DNA of 64,000 nt, taken from Clostridia bacterium (GTDB lineage: Bacteria > Bacillota > Clostridia > Oscillospirales > CAG-272). Under the pieces are notes generated by a model. That model was not told the origin of the DNA, did not search any database, and saw only the letters and a program-made list of their open reading frames with translations. The stretch is taken from NCBI GenBank assembly GCA_017399105.1, contig JAFQEJ010000057.1:68191-132190 (forward strand), given 5' to 3'. Position numbers and translations under genes: made by a program. This document shows, in pieces, positions 19,157-29,403 of the stretch (position 1 is the first letter of the stretch; the number at the start of each line of letters is the position of its first letter).

Positions 19157-20040
19157 CAACAGAAAATAAAGCGACCTCGATTCGCTTTGAAAATGTTTCT
19201 TATATATACAGCCCGGACACCCCCTTTGAAAAGCGTGCGCTCGACTGCATCAACACCGAGATCGAGGGCGGCGTGATTACAGGTCTGATCGGTCATACCG
19301 GCTCGGGAAAATCCACGCTGGTACAGCTGATGAACGGACTGCTGAAGCCAACCTGCGGCAAGGTCTATGTGGGCGGCCGCGACATCTGGGAAGATCCGAA
19401 GAAGATCCGCGAATTCCGCTTCAGGGTGGGACTGGTCTTTCAGTACCCCGAATATCAGCTCTTTGAGGAGACGATTTACAAGGATATCGCCTTCGGTCCC
19501 TCGAATATGGGGCTGGATGAAGCTGAAATCAAGGCGCGGGTTCTGGAATCGCTGGACTTTGTGGGACTTGACGCATCAATGCTGGATAAATCTCCCTTCG
19601 ATCTCTCGGGCGGACAGAAGCGGCGTGTGGCGATTGCGGGCATTATGGCGATGCGTCCCGAGGTGCTGGTGTTGGACGAGCCGGCAGCAGGTCTTGATCC
19701 CAGAGGAAGGGAAGAGATTCTCGGCGGCGTGCACGAGTATCAGAGAAGATCGGGCTCCACCGTCATCATCGTCAGCCACAGCATGGAGGATATGGCAAAA
19801 TACGCCGACCGTCTCCTTGTGATGAAGGGGGCTGAGGTGATCAAAAACGGCGACTGTCACGAGATCTTTGCCGAGTCGGAGACGCTGACCTCCATCGGTC
19901 TCGACGTGCCGCAGATCACCCGCTTTATGAAGGCATTGGCTGCCCGCGGCGTCGATGTGCCTGCCGATATCTTTACCGTGGATGAAGCGGCGGCGGCGTT
20001 GCTTCCCCTTCTCAGAAAGGAGGGCGGTGCATCATGCTGA
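19153..20040 (+). CDS. ecfA2: ECF transporter ATPase EcfA2
   Basis: GHTGSGKST, VFQYPEYQLF, SPFDLSGGQKRR and DEPAAGLDP. Confidence 0.93.
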   Translation: MTTENKATSIRFENVSYIYSPDTPFEKRALDCINTEIEGGVITGLIGHTGSGKSTLVQLMNGLLKPTCGKVYVGGRDIWEDPKKIREFRFRVGLVFQYPEYQLFEETIYKDIAFGPSNMGLDEAEIKARVLESLDFVGLDASMLDKSPFDLSGGQKRRVAIAGIMAMRPEVLVLDEPAAGLDPRGREEILGGVHEYQRRSGSTVIIVSHSMEDMAKYADRLLVMKGAEVIKNGDCHEIFAESETLTSIGLDVPQITRFMKALAARGVDVPADIFTVDEAAAALLPLLRKEGGASC

Positions 20041-20855
20041 AGGATATTACCTTAGGTCAGTACTTCCCCGGAACCTCGCCCCTGCACAAGCTCGATCCGC
20101 GCATGAAGATCATCCTCACGGTCATATATATTGTTGATATCCTTTTTGCCTCCAACATCTGGAGCTTTCTTCTGGTGTCGCTCTTCACCGTGGGACTTGT
20201 GCTGATCAGCACCATTCCGCCGAAGATTGTCATCAAGGGTCTGAAGCCGCTGATCTTTATCATCGCCTTTACGGTGATTTTCAACATCTTCTGGACAGAG
20301 GGCGATCATCTGCTGCTCTCGGCAGGTCCTGTGAAAATCTATCTTGAGGGCATCATGTACGCCATCTTCATGATTGTGCGCGTTGTGGCACTCCTTGCCG
20401 GAACCTGCGTGGTGCTCACCTATACCACCTCGCCCATCGCGCTCACCGACGGACTTGAGCAGCTGCTCTCCCCTCTGAAGAAGCTGAGACTGCCGGTGCA
20501 TGAGTTTTCCATGATGATGACCATTGCGCTGCGCTTTATCCCCACGCTGGTGGAGGAGACCGACAAGATCATGAGCGCACAGAAGGCGCGCGGTGCCGAT
20601 TTTGAGAGCGGAAGCCTGATCAGCCGTGCAAAGGCTCTGGTGCCTATTCTGATTCCCCTTTTCGTATCTGCTTTCCGACGTGCCGACGATCTGGCGGTTG
20701 CCATGGAGTGCCGCTGCTACCGGGGCGGTGAGGGACGCAGTAAGATGACGGCTCTGCACTTTACCGGACGGGATTTTCTCTGGCTCGGTATATTCCTTCT
20801 CTTCGGTGCGGCTGTGATTCTGATTAACCGCTTTGCCCCGGGCATCAGCCTGTAA
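20034..20855 (+). CDS. ecfT: ECF transporter T component
   Basis: GQYFPG..LHKLDPR, ALRFIP, AQKARG and AMECRCY. Confidence 0.93.
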   Translation: MLKDITLGQYFPGTSPLHKLDPRMKIILTVIYIVDILFASNIWSFLLVSLFTVGLVLISTIPPKIVIKGLKPLIFIIAFTVIFNIFWTEGDHLLLSAGPVKIYLEGIMYAIFMIVRVVALLAGTCVVLTYTTSPIALTDGLEQLLSPLKKLRLPVHEFSMMMTIALRFIPTLVEETDKIMSAQKARGADFESGSLISRAKALVPILIPLFVSAFRRADDLAVAMECRCYRGGEGRSKMTALHFTGRDFLWLGIFLLFGAAVILINRFAPGISL

Positions 20856-20859
20856 GCTC

Positions 20860-21615
20860 ATGAAGATTTTGCTCACGCTGTCCTATCTGGGAACGAATTT
20901 TCACGGCTGGCAGGTTCAGCCCGGATGCCGCACCGTTCAGGCGACTCTGCAGGAGGCATGCGAAGCGCTCTTCGGCTGTGCCGTCGATATCACCGGCTGT
21001 TCGCGCACCGATGCAGGGGTTCATGCCAACCGATTCTGCGCAACCGCTTCACCGAAGGAAGGCAGCTTTACTAACCGTATTCCTGCGGAAAGAATTCCCC
21101 CTGCACTCAATGTGAAGCTGCCCCGCGACCTGTCTGTGATCGATGCATATGAGGTCGGCGATGACTTCCATGCCCGCTATGACGTGATCTCAAAGGAATA
21201 CGAATATCTCATCCGCGACGGGCTTCCTCGCAGTCCCTTTTTTGAGGATCGCGCCTGGCAGATTCCCCGTCCGCTGGATGAAGTGCTCATGAACGAGGCA
21301 TGTGCTCCCTTTGTCGGCAGGCATGATTTCGGCGGCTTTATGGCGAGCGGCTCGGATATTGCCGATACGGTGCGTACCATCCGGAGCTTTCGCGTTTTCC
21401 GCTGCGGAGAGCTGGTTCACATCCGCGTCAGCGCCGATGGCTTCCTTTATAATATGGTGCGGATTCTGACAGGGACGCTGGTCGCTGTCTCGGAGGGGAA
21501 GATTTCTGTCGGTGACCTGCCCGGGATTATTGCATCGCGCGACAGAACAAGAGCGGGGAATACAGCACCTGCCCACGGACTTTATCTGAACAACGTCATA
21601 TATCCCGATTTTTAA
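20860..21615 (+). CDS. truA: tRNA pseudouridine(38-40) synthase
   Basis: YLGTNFHGWQ, SRTDAGVHA, FHARY and GFLYNMVR. Confidence 0.95.
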   Translation: MKILLTLSYLGTNFHGWQVQPGCRTVQATLQEACEALFGCAVDITGCSRTDAGVHANRFCATASPKEGSFTNRIPAERIPPALNVKLPRDLSVIDAYEVGDDFHARYDVISKEYEYLIRDGLPRSPFFEDRAWQIPRPLDEVLMNEACAPFVGRHDFGGFMASGSDIADTVRTIRSFRVFRCGELVHIRVSADGFLYNMVRILTGTLVAVSEGKISVGDLPGIIASRDRTRAGNTAPAHGLYLNNVIYPDF

Positions 21616-21638
21616 CGAATGCAGAAAGGAGAGCCACC

Positions 21639-22919
21639 ATGGTACCGCAGTCACCCGTTACAGGCGGCGGAAAAGACCCCGAAAAGGTCAAAAAGGTCAA
21701 ACGCCGTCCCGAATATGTGATCGAAGAGGTCAGCGAAAATCCCTATTACCTCGCCATATCCAGAAAATACAAATACGCAAAGCTCTTCACCGTGGCGCTG
21801 CTCGTCATTTATCTGCTTTTCATGATTTCCACCAGGCGGGACGACATCACCATCGAGAATCTGCGCTATATGTTCAAGTATATCGATGTCTCTCCCGACG
21901 GCGAGGAGGCGTCACTGACAGAGCTGCTCTACGATTCGGACAGCGAGCTGACGCTGGAGTTATACCGCGGTGATGTGGTAAGTGCCACCTCAAAGGCAGT
22001 CACCATCTACGATGCCGGCGGCAGCAGCGTTATGACCAGTGAGGAAGCCTTTGATAATCCGGTGATCCGCTCCTCCGAAAAGTATCTGATGGTCTATGAT
22101 CTGGGCGGGGATCATTTCTCGATTTACAACTCCTTTACACAGCTTTATACCGAGAGCTTTTCCTTCCCCATCAGCTGTGCCGACATCAGCGATTCCTCTG
22201 CCTTTGCGGTGGCAACCCGCAATCTGGAGTACAAGACCGAGGTGCTCTTCTACGACAAAAACTACAAGGTGGTCAACCGCATCTCCAAGGATAAATATGC
22301 AGCCTCTCTCGATCTGAATCCCGAGGGCACCGAGCTGCTGCTGGCGTCCTTCAACGTGGAGGGCGGCGACTATTACACCGAAATCATGCGGCTGAAGGCG
22401 GCTGAAACCGAGCCCTCGCTGCTCTTTACCATAAGCGACACGATGCCGCTTGAGATTGCCTATACCTCCGACGGAGGCTTCAGTCTGCTCTGCGACAGGG
22501 GCATCTGCTACTACGATGAAAAGGGCGTCAAGCGGGGGGAGATGATCTTCTCGGGACTGCCTGCCGATGTTTACCTGGGCGCAGATTATACGGTTGCCGT
22601 ATTCAATCAGAACCTGGTGGGATACAATAACCTTGTGCTGGTCACCGACCGCTCGGGCAACACGGTTTACCGCACCTATCTGAAGGGACAGCTTGTGGAT
22701 ATCGATGTGTCGGGGGATGATGTCTTCATTCTGCTGGATGGAAGCGTCGTAAAAATCGCACTGGACAGCGGTCACGAGATATCCGAGGCGGTGGAGAAGA
22801 ATACCCTTCAGGTGCTTGCGGCAGGAGACGGTGCGGCGGTGATCTGCTATTCCAACAAGGCTTCGGTCTGCACCTTCAGAGAAGGAACCGAAACAGAAAC
22901 AAGTGAGGAAACAAACTGA
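21639..22919 (+). CDS. DUF5711-like single-pass membrane beta-propeller protein
   Basis: N-terminal TM, beta-rich repeats (YLMVYDLGG); adjacent to the cvpA-like gene. Confidence 0.6.
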   Translation: MVPQSPVTGGGKDPEKVKKVKRRPEYVIEEVSENPYYLAISRKYKYAKLFTVALLVIYLLFMISTRRDDITIENLRYMFKYIDVSPDGEEASLTELLYDSDSELTLELYRGDVVSATSKAVTIYDAGGSSVMTSEEAFDNPVIRSSEKYLMVYDLGGDHFSIYNSFTQLYTESFSFPISCADISDSSAFAVATRNLEYKTEVLFYDKNYKVVNRISKDKYAASLDLNPEGTELLLASFNVEGGDYYTEIMRLKAAETEPSLLFTISDTMPLEIAYTSDGGFSLLCDRGICYYDEKGVKRGEMIFSGLPADVYLGADYTVAVFNQNLVGYNNLVLVTDRSGNTVYRTYLKGQLVDIDVSGDDVFILLDGSVVKIALDSGHEISEAVEKNTLQVLAAGDGAAVICYSNKASVCTFREGTETETSEETN

Positions 22920-22922
22920 TAT

Positions 22923-23633
22923 ATGAGCATTTTATTTGATCTGATCCTGATCGTCGTTGCCGCAATCTGCATCATTTCGGGTGTCAGACGGGGCTTTATC
23001 CGCTCGGTGATCAATATTGTTACACTGGCGGCGGCGGTGATCTGTGCATATATGTTTATGCCTGCCGTATCGGCATATCTCCACGAGGAATTTATCGAGG
23101 AATCGGTCAGTGCGCCGGTTGAGGAAGAGCTTGCCGGCATGGCGGGCGGTGATGAGAGCGGTCTTGCACAGCTCTTTGCCGATTCTCCTGCGGCGCTGTC
23201 CGAGCTTGTTGGTCGCTACAATACCGAGCTTGCCGATGTGGTTGCTTACTATGAAGAGGCTGTGGCTGAGGGCGCTCAGGAGATGCTTGAAAATCTCTCG
23301 CGCTATATCTCGGAGGCGGCGGCAAAAACGGTGTCCGATTTAACGGCATTTCTGCTCATCTTTGCGGCGGTGGTGATTCTGCTGAAGCTTGTGGGCTGGC
23401 TGCTCGATCTCATCTTCAAGCTGCCGGTGCTGAGCACGCTCAACCGCGTATTGGGAATTGTATTCGGCATCATCTGCGCCTACCTCTATATGAGCGTGCT
23501 GGCGGTGGTGATTGTCAAGGGTATTCCCGCGCTTTCCTCCATCTTCCCCGAGCAGTTTGCCACGGCATCGGTGGAGAACACCATGGTGCTCAAGTGGATT
23601 TATGAATATAATATCTTTACGCTGCTCAAATAA
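22923..23633 (+). CDS. CvpA family membrane protein
   Basis: DLILI...GVRRGFIRS and LNRVLGIVFG motifs. Confidence 0.8.
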   Translation: MSILFDLILIVVAAICIISGVRRGFIRSVINIVTLAAAVICAYMFMPAVSAYLHEEFIEESVSAPVEEELAGMAGGDESGLAQLFADSPAALSELVGRYNTELADVVAYYEEAVAEGAQEMLENLSRYISEAAAKTVSDLTAFLLIFAAVVILLKLVGWLLDLIFKLPVLSTLNRVLGIVFGIICAYLYMSVLAVVIVKGIPALSSIFPEQFATASVENTMVLKWIYEYNIFTLLK

Positions 23634-23742
23634 GATACAGCCGATTTATGATTTATTCAATATCCCTTCAAATTTTCGGAGTAAAATGAAAATCGTTGGC
23701 TTTGTCGACAGTAAAATAATTTTTCTAAACAGGTGATAACAA

Positions 23743-26061
23743 ATGTTAATGTGTGCAAGATGTCACGAACGCGTGGCAGTTGTCTATATAACCAGAATCG
23801 AAAACAATCAGACCATCAACGAGGGCGTTTGTTTGAAATGCGCCAAAGAGCTGGGCATTAAGCCGGTCAACGATATGATCGAAAAGATGGGACTCAGCGA
23901 TGAGGATATGGAGAAAATTGACAATGAGGGGATGTTGAGTATGCTCGCTCCCACAGATGACAGTGAGGATGACGAGGACTGCGGAAGGGCTCCTGCCATT
24001 GATTTTCGTAAGCTCTTCAGCAATATGCTCTCCGATTTGCCTCAGAAGGAGGGCGATCCGGCAAAGCAGGACGGTCAGCAGAAGGCGGGTGCCGCACCCA
24101 AGCAGATTAAGCAGAAGGGACGCAGATCTCTCGACCAGTACTGCCTTGATCTGACTAAGCGTGCCCGTGAAGGAAAGCTGGATAATATCATCGGACGAGA
24201 CCGGGAGCTTGGCCGCATGATCCAGATTCTCTGCCGCCGTCAGAAGAATAATCCCTGTCTCATCGGTGAGCCGGGTGTGGGTAAGACTGCCATCGCAGAA
24301 GCCCTTGCCCTGAGAATTGCGGCAGGCAATGTGCCCTATAAGCTGAAGAACAAGGAAATCCATCTGGTTGACCTCACCGCCCTTGTGGCGGGTACGCAGT
24401 TCCGCGGTCAGTTTGAATCGCGCATGAAGGGGCTGATTGCGGAGGTCAAGAGCCTTGGCAACATCATCCTCGTCATCGACGAGGTACACAGCATTGTGGG
24501 TGCAGGTGACGCCGAGGGCAGCATGAACGCCGCCAACATCCTCAAGCCCGCACTCTCCAGAGGTGAGATTCAGGTGATCGGCGCCACAACCCTCACCGAA
24601 TACCGCAAATATATCGAGAAGGATTCGGCACTCGAGCGCCGCTTCCAGCCCATCATCGTGGAGGAGCCGTCGATTGAAGATACCACGAAGATTCTGCTGG
24701 GCATCAAGCATTATTATGAGCTGTAACACGGTATTAAGATTCCCGACGAGACGGTGCGCCGCGCGGTGATTCTCTCGGAGCGCTATATTACAGACCGCTT
24801 CCTGCCCGACAAAGCCATCGACCTGCTGGATGAAGCATCCTCCTATCTGGCGCTCCATGCCCCTGTGATCGAGCAGATCGAAGCGATTAAGGCGACGGTT
24901 GAAAACACCCGCAGGGAGCGCGAAACGCTTGAGGCACAGCTTGAATCGGGTGAGGTGCCGGATGAGAGTATTTATCAGCGCATTGCCGATCTGAAGGTGC
25001 GCGAGCTCAAGGATATGAATACCTTTGGTGCGCTTTCACGCGAGCGCGACGGCATCGTGCTCACAACGGCGGAGCTTGCCGAGGTGATTGAAATCTGGAC
25101 CGGTGTGCCGGCATCCGATATTACCGAGGATGAATTTATCCGCATTGACAAGCTGGAGTCCCGTCTCAAGGCGCGCATTGTCGGTCAGGATGAGGCAGTT
25201 TCGGCTGTTGCCCGTGCCATCAAGCGCAGCCGTGCCGGTGTGGCTTACAAGCGCCGTCCCGTTTCCTTTATCTTTGCAGGTCCCACGGGCGTCGGCAAGA
25301 CCGAGCTTGTGCGCACCCTTGCAAACGAGCTCTTCAACTCTCCCGAGACGCTGATCAGGCTCGATATGTCCGAGTTTATGGAGAAGCATTCGGTATCCCG
25401 TATGGTCGGCTCTCCTCCCGGCTATGTGGGCTATGATGAGGCGGGACAGCTCACCGAGAAGATCAGACGCAAGCCCTATTCGGTGGTGCTCTTTGACGAG
25501 ATTGAAAAGGCGCATCCCGATGTGCTCAATGTACTGCTGCAGATTCTCGATGACGGCAGAATCACCGACGCTCAGGGCAGAGTGATCAACTTTGAGAATA
25601 CCGTCATCGTGATGACCACCAATGCAGGCTCCAATCTGGCGCTTGCTCCCGCGGGCTTCGGCATCACAGAAAAGGCAAGCGGTGAGACACGCACCGAAAA
25701 GGCGCTCTCCGAATTCCTGCGTCCCGAATTCATCAACCGCGTGGATGAGATCATCACCTTCCGCAGCCTGGATGAGAATGACTTCACATCGATTGCCGAA
25801 ATCATGCTGGGAGATCTGGCAAAGGCGCTTGCCGAAAAGGAGATTTCCTTCACCTGCACTCCTGCAGCATCGCAGTTCATTGCGAAGAATTCCTTCTCGC
25901 GCAAGTTCGGTGCACGCAATATGCGCCGTTATATTCAGCGCACGCTTGAGGATGAAATTGCAAACCGCATCATTGGCAGCTACGGAAAGAAGATCACTGC
26001 CATTCTGGTTGACTGTACCGAAGGAAAAGAGAATCTGAATATTCAATGTGAAATGTCATGA
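23743..26061 (+). pseudogene. ClpC/ClpE-type AAA+ ATPase with an N-terminal CxxC-CxxC zinc finger and an in-frame TAA at 24724-24726
   Basis: CARC...CLKC; NBD1 [13 protein letters not shown]; RFLPDKAIDL; NBD2 GPTGVGKT/FDEIEKAH. All motifs lie in one frame, interrupted by a single TAA. Confidence 0.85.
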
Positions 26062-28832
26062 CAGACAGATGGTATGATAAATCGATCGAATGGGTGATCG
26101 AGCATCTCAACACCGATACGGCAAACGGACTCTCCCGCAAGGCTGCATCGGCAAGAGGCATGCGCTACGGCGACAATGTGATCTATCCCATCCCGAAAAA
26201 ATCCTTCCACACCTATCTTGCTCATATCATCACCGATTTTACCTCCATCCTGCTCATTGCAAGTGCGGTGATTGCCGTGATTTTCGAGCAGGGAACCTCG
26301 GCTGCGGTGATTGCGGCGACGCTGGTGATCAATTATATCATCGCCATCTTTACCTATGTGAAGGCACAGCGGGTGCTGGAGAATATGGGACATTTTGCGC
26401 TTCCCACCGCAAAGGTCATGCGCGACGGAAAGCTCTATATGGTCAAGCAGGAGCAGCTTGTGGCAGGGGATATTATTTATGTAGCCTCGGGCGATATCGT
26501 GCCTGCCGATGTGCGTCTGCTTGAGGGGGAAGGACTGGCGGCGCTGGAAGTTAACCTCACGGGCATTCCCCGCTCTCAGGAGAAGGATGCCGCCTTCATC
26601 GATCACCGCAATCTGCCGCCGTCGGGTCAGAAAAACATGCTCTTCGCCTCCACCATCCTCACCTCAGGCTCGGGAAAAGCGGTGGTATGCGAGGTGGGCG
26701 AGGATACGCTGGTCTGCAAAATGGGTAAGAACAAGCCCATTGTCTCCCACGAAAAGCTGGGCATTCTGAAGTCGCTGGGGCGCTACTGCGGCATCTGGAG
26801 TCTCTGCATGATCGCGCTGATCTTCCTCTTCACCGTGATCTGTCTCTTTACAAACACCCTCGGTCAGGGCGTGTTCCATACCTTTATGACAGGCCTTTCG
26901 CTTGCGGTTGCCTCCATGTCCGAGCTTTACACCGCCTTCGGCTATATTATCATTGCCTGCGGTATCTTCAATGCGGTGCATCAGTATAAGGATATCAACT
27001 CGGGTGCGCTGATCAAAAACTCCGCCAAGCTGGAGAAGCTGAAGGATGTCACCTGCCTGATCGTGCCCAAGGACGGCACCTTTACGGTTAAGGATCTGAA
27101 GATCGACCGCATTTACCGTGACGGGGAATGGTTTACCTCGGGCGATAAGCGGTTTGCCGAACGCTGTGCCGATGTGATCCGCTACGGGGTGATTTCCACC
27201 GGCATTTACGGAGCCGCGCGCCTTGTGGCGAACAACGACAGCAGAAACAACATCTATTCCCCCGAAGAGGATGCGCTGATCATGCTGGCGGAAAAGCATC
27301 ACATGTACAATGTCACCCTCGAGCGGGACAATCCGGTGGTGGAGCATATCTCCATGGGAGAGGAAAGCCGTCTGCATACCACGCTCTTCCGGTCGGGTGC
27401 CGATCATATGCTTGCCCTGCGCGGTGAGCCGGGGGAGGTACTTTCACGCTGTACAACCTATACCCACAACGGTGCGATTTATAAGCTGACCACCGAAAAG
27501 ATGAACGAAATGCTGGTCTCGGCTTCGATGGTTACCAAGCAGGCATACCGCATCGTGGCGGTGGCTACACGGATCTCCCGGTACAATTCGCTGACCCGTC
27601 TGGGAGCTGCACAGAATGAGCTGAACTTCGAGGGCTTTCTCGCCATCCGTGAGCCGATTCTGCCCGGAGCCGCGAAAAATGTCGCCATGTGCCGTGCCGC
27701 AGGGGTGAAGGTGATCATGCTTTGCGATGATGTGAGTCTCAACAATCGCTATCTTGCCGAGGCGGTCGGTGTGATCAGGAACGAGAGTGAGCGCATTGAT
27801 GCGGCTGCACTGGCTGATATGAAAATCGGTCTCTTCCGTGCAAATCTCGATCTGTACCGTCTTTATGAGGGAATCAACACCACGCAGAAGCGTCTTCTTG
27901 TGAAATATCTGCGCGAAAGCGGCGAGAAGGTTGCTTTCCTCGGTCACGAGCTGGACGAATTGATTCTGCTGAAGGAGAGCGATGTGAGCTTCTCTCAGAG
28001 CATTACCATATCCGAGAAGGCGGGCAGGACGGGAGTGGATCTCACCAGCCGCCGTATTCCTGTTTACACGAAAAATTCCAAGGAGAGTGCCAAGAACGGC
28101 TGTGAGGCGCTTAAGTTTGAGTCGGACATCATCATTTCCGAGGCTGATAAGAGCGGCAGCGGCGGCTTCAATGCCATCATCCGTGCACTGGGCGTATCGA
28201 AGGTGATCTATCTCAACCTCTTCCGCATGCTGAAGTATCTTGTCACCTCCCAGTTTGCACGTCTTTTCGCCGTCTTTATCTGTGCCGCGGCAGGCTTCCC
28301 CGGGCTGACTCCGACTCAGATTCTTGTCTGCGGTCTTGTGATGGACATGCTCTCGGTGATGGTGATTTCCTTTGAAAAGCCGGCACGGGATTTTATGCTT
28401 TATAAAGTCGATACCGAAAAGCGTCTCAGGCAGCCGCTGCCCTACATTCTTCAGTCGGTGATTTTCGGTCTCTTCTGGGCGGTGCTGATGACCTCTCCCT
28501 CGCTGGTTTCCATGATGTGGGAGCTGAATATTCCCGATGCTCAGCTGAGCACCACCGCCTTCATCGGATTCCTGTTGTCTCAGTTTGCCGTGATGACCGA
28601 GATCAAAAAGGAAAAGAGCATCTTTGTGGCGAACATCAAGATATCGGGCGTCTACATGCTTACCTTTGCGGCGCTGGTATGCTTCATTGCTGCCTGCTTC
28701 CTCATTCCCGCATTCGGTGCGCTCTTCTCTGTTACCGCACTCGATCTGTTCGGCATCTTCGCGGCTGTGCTTCCTTCGATTCTGATGATCATGCTCTTTG
28801 AGCTGTACAAAGTTATCAATAAAAATCTGTAA
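26058..28832 (+). CDS. P-type (P2-like) cation-transporting ATPase homologue lacking catalytic motifs
   Basis: Overall P2 architecture (YGDN, GDIVPADVRL, NMLFAST, about 10 TM), but DKTGT is PKDGT, TGES is TGIP, TGD is CDD and GDGVND is GHELDE. Confidence 0.85.
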   Translation: MTDRWYDKSIEWVIEHLNTDTANGLSRKAASARGMRYGDNVIYPIPKKSFHTYLAHIITDFTSILLIASAVIAVIFEQGTSAAVIAATLVINYIIAIFTYVKAQRVLENMGHFALPTAKVMRDGKLYMVKQEQLVAGDIIYVASGDIVPADVRLLEGEGLAALEVNLTGIPRSQEKDAAFIDHRNLPPSGQKNMLFASTILTSGSGKAVVCEVGEDTLVCKMGKNKPIVSHEKLGILKSLGRYCGIWSLCMIALIFLFTVICLFTNTLGQGVFHTFMTGLSLAVASMSELYTAFGYIIIACGIFNAVHQYKDINSGALIKNSAKLEKLKDVTCLIVPKDGTFTVKDLKIDRIYRDGEWFTSGDKRFAERCADVIRYGVISTGIYGAARLVANNDSRNNIYSPEEDALIMLAEKHHMYNVTLERDNPVVEHISMGEESRLHTTLFRSGADHMLALRGEPGEVLSRCTTYTHNGAIYKLTTEKMNEMLVSASMVTKQAYRIVAVATRISRYNSLTRLGAAQNELNFEGFLAIREPILPGAAKNVAMCRAAGVKVIMLCDDVSLNNRYLAEAVGVIRNESERIDAAALADMKIGLFRANLDLYRLYEGINTTQKRLLVKYLRESGEKVAFLGHELDELILLKESDVSFSQSITISEKAGRTGVDLTSRRIPVYTKNSKESAKNGCEALKFESDIIISEADKSGSGGFNAIIRALGVSKVIYLNLFRMLKYLVTSQFARLFAVFICAAAGFPGLTPTQILVCGLVMDMLSVMVISFEKPARDFMLYKVDTEKRLRQPLPYILQSVIFGLFWAVLMTSPSLVSMMWELNIPDAQLSTTAFIGFLLSQFAVMTEIKKEKSIFVANIKISGVYMLTFAALVCFIAACFLIPAFGALFSVTALDLFGIFAAVLPSILMIMLFELYKVINKNL

Positions 28833-29350
28833 TGAATGAAACCAAGCATAGAATTATCTGCGCGTGGAGCGCTCTGCTTGCCGAGCTGCCGATGGAGAAG
28901 ATTCACCTCGATGATATTCTCGGTATTGCCGAGGTGAGCCGCGATACCTTTTATTATTACTTTGACGGCGTTTCAGGTATGCCTGTCGATATTCTTGAAG
29001 AGGAAGCGGATGAAATTCTCGACAAGCTGGACTTAGCCGAGGACGGTGAGGGGGCACTTTATGAGCTGCTTTCTTTCCTGAGGAATCGACGCATGATGCT
29101 GATGCGTCTTTATGCATCGGAATATCAGCCTTATGTGACCGAGTTTGCCGATGCGGTGTCCATGAAGCTGGCGCGCATTCTTCTGTCGGGAAAAGGAGAG
29201 AGGACTGCCTACAAGGGCTTCGCCTGTGGAATGCTTGCCGACGGCATATCGGGGTGCATCAGGCGTTATATGGCAAATGAGGGTGAGACAGTTCTGATGA
29301 GCGACGGCTTTACCGAAATGCTGCTGCATTATGCCGAACATATAGTATGA
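28832..29350 (+). CDS. TetR/AcrR-like regulator
   Basis: N-terminal HTH (EKIHLDDILGIAEVSRDTFYYYF); start overlaps the previous stop (TAATG). Confidence 0.8.
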   Translation: MNETKHRIICAWSALLAELPMEKIHLDDILGIAEVSRDTFYYYFDGVSGMPVDILEEEADEILDKLDLAEDGEGALYELLSFLRNRRMMLMRLYASEYQPYVTEFADAVSMKLARILLSGKGERTAYKGFACGMLADGISGCIRRYMANEGETVLMSDGFTEMLLHYAEHIV

Positions 29351-29353
29351 AAC

Positions 29354-29389
29354 AAAAAAAGCAGAAAGCGTAAAACTTTCTGCTTTTTT
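29354..29389. terminator. Bidirectional intrinsic terminator
   Basis: AAAAAAGCAGAAAG / CTTTCTGCTTTTTT between convergent genes. Confidence 0.85.
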
Positions 29390-29403
29390 CTTCATAATGC
29401 GGT

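Noticed and set aside
21684-21701. CtsR-box-like GGTCAAA-AA-GGTCAAA upstream of the Clp ATPase
   Set aside because: The spacer is 2 nt rather than 3, it lies inside a CDS encoding KVKKVK, and it is about 2 kb from the Clp start.
14263-26061. Alternative genetic code, or pyrrolysine/selenocysteine recoding, explaining the internal stops
   Set aside because: The two stops differ (TAG and TAA), neither is TGA, and TAG and TAA terminate many normal genes here. No pyl or sel genes are in the window.
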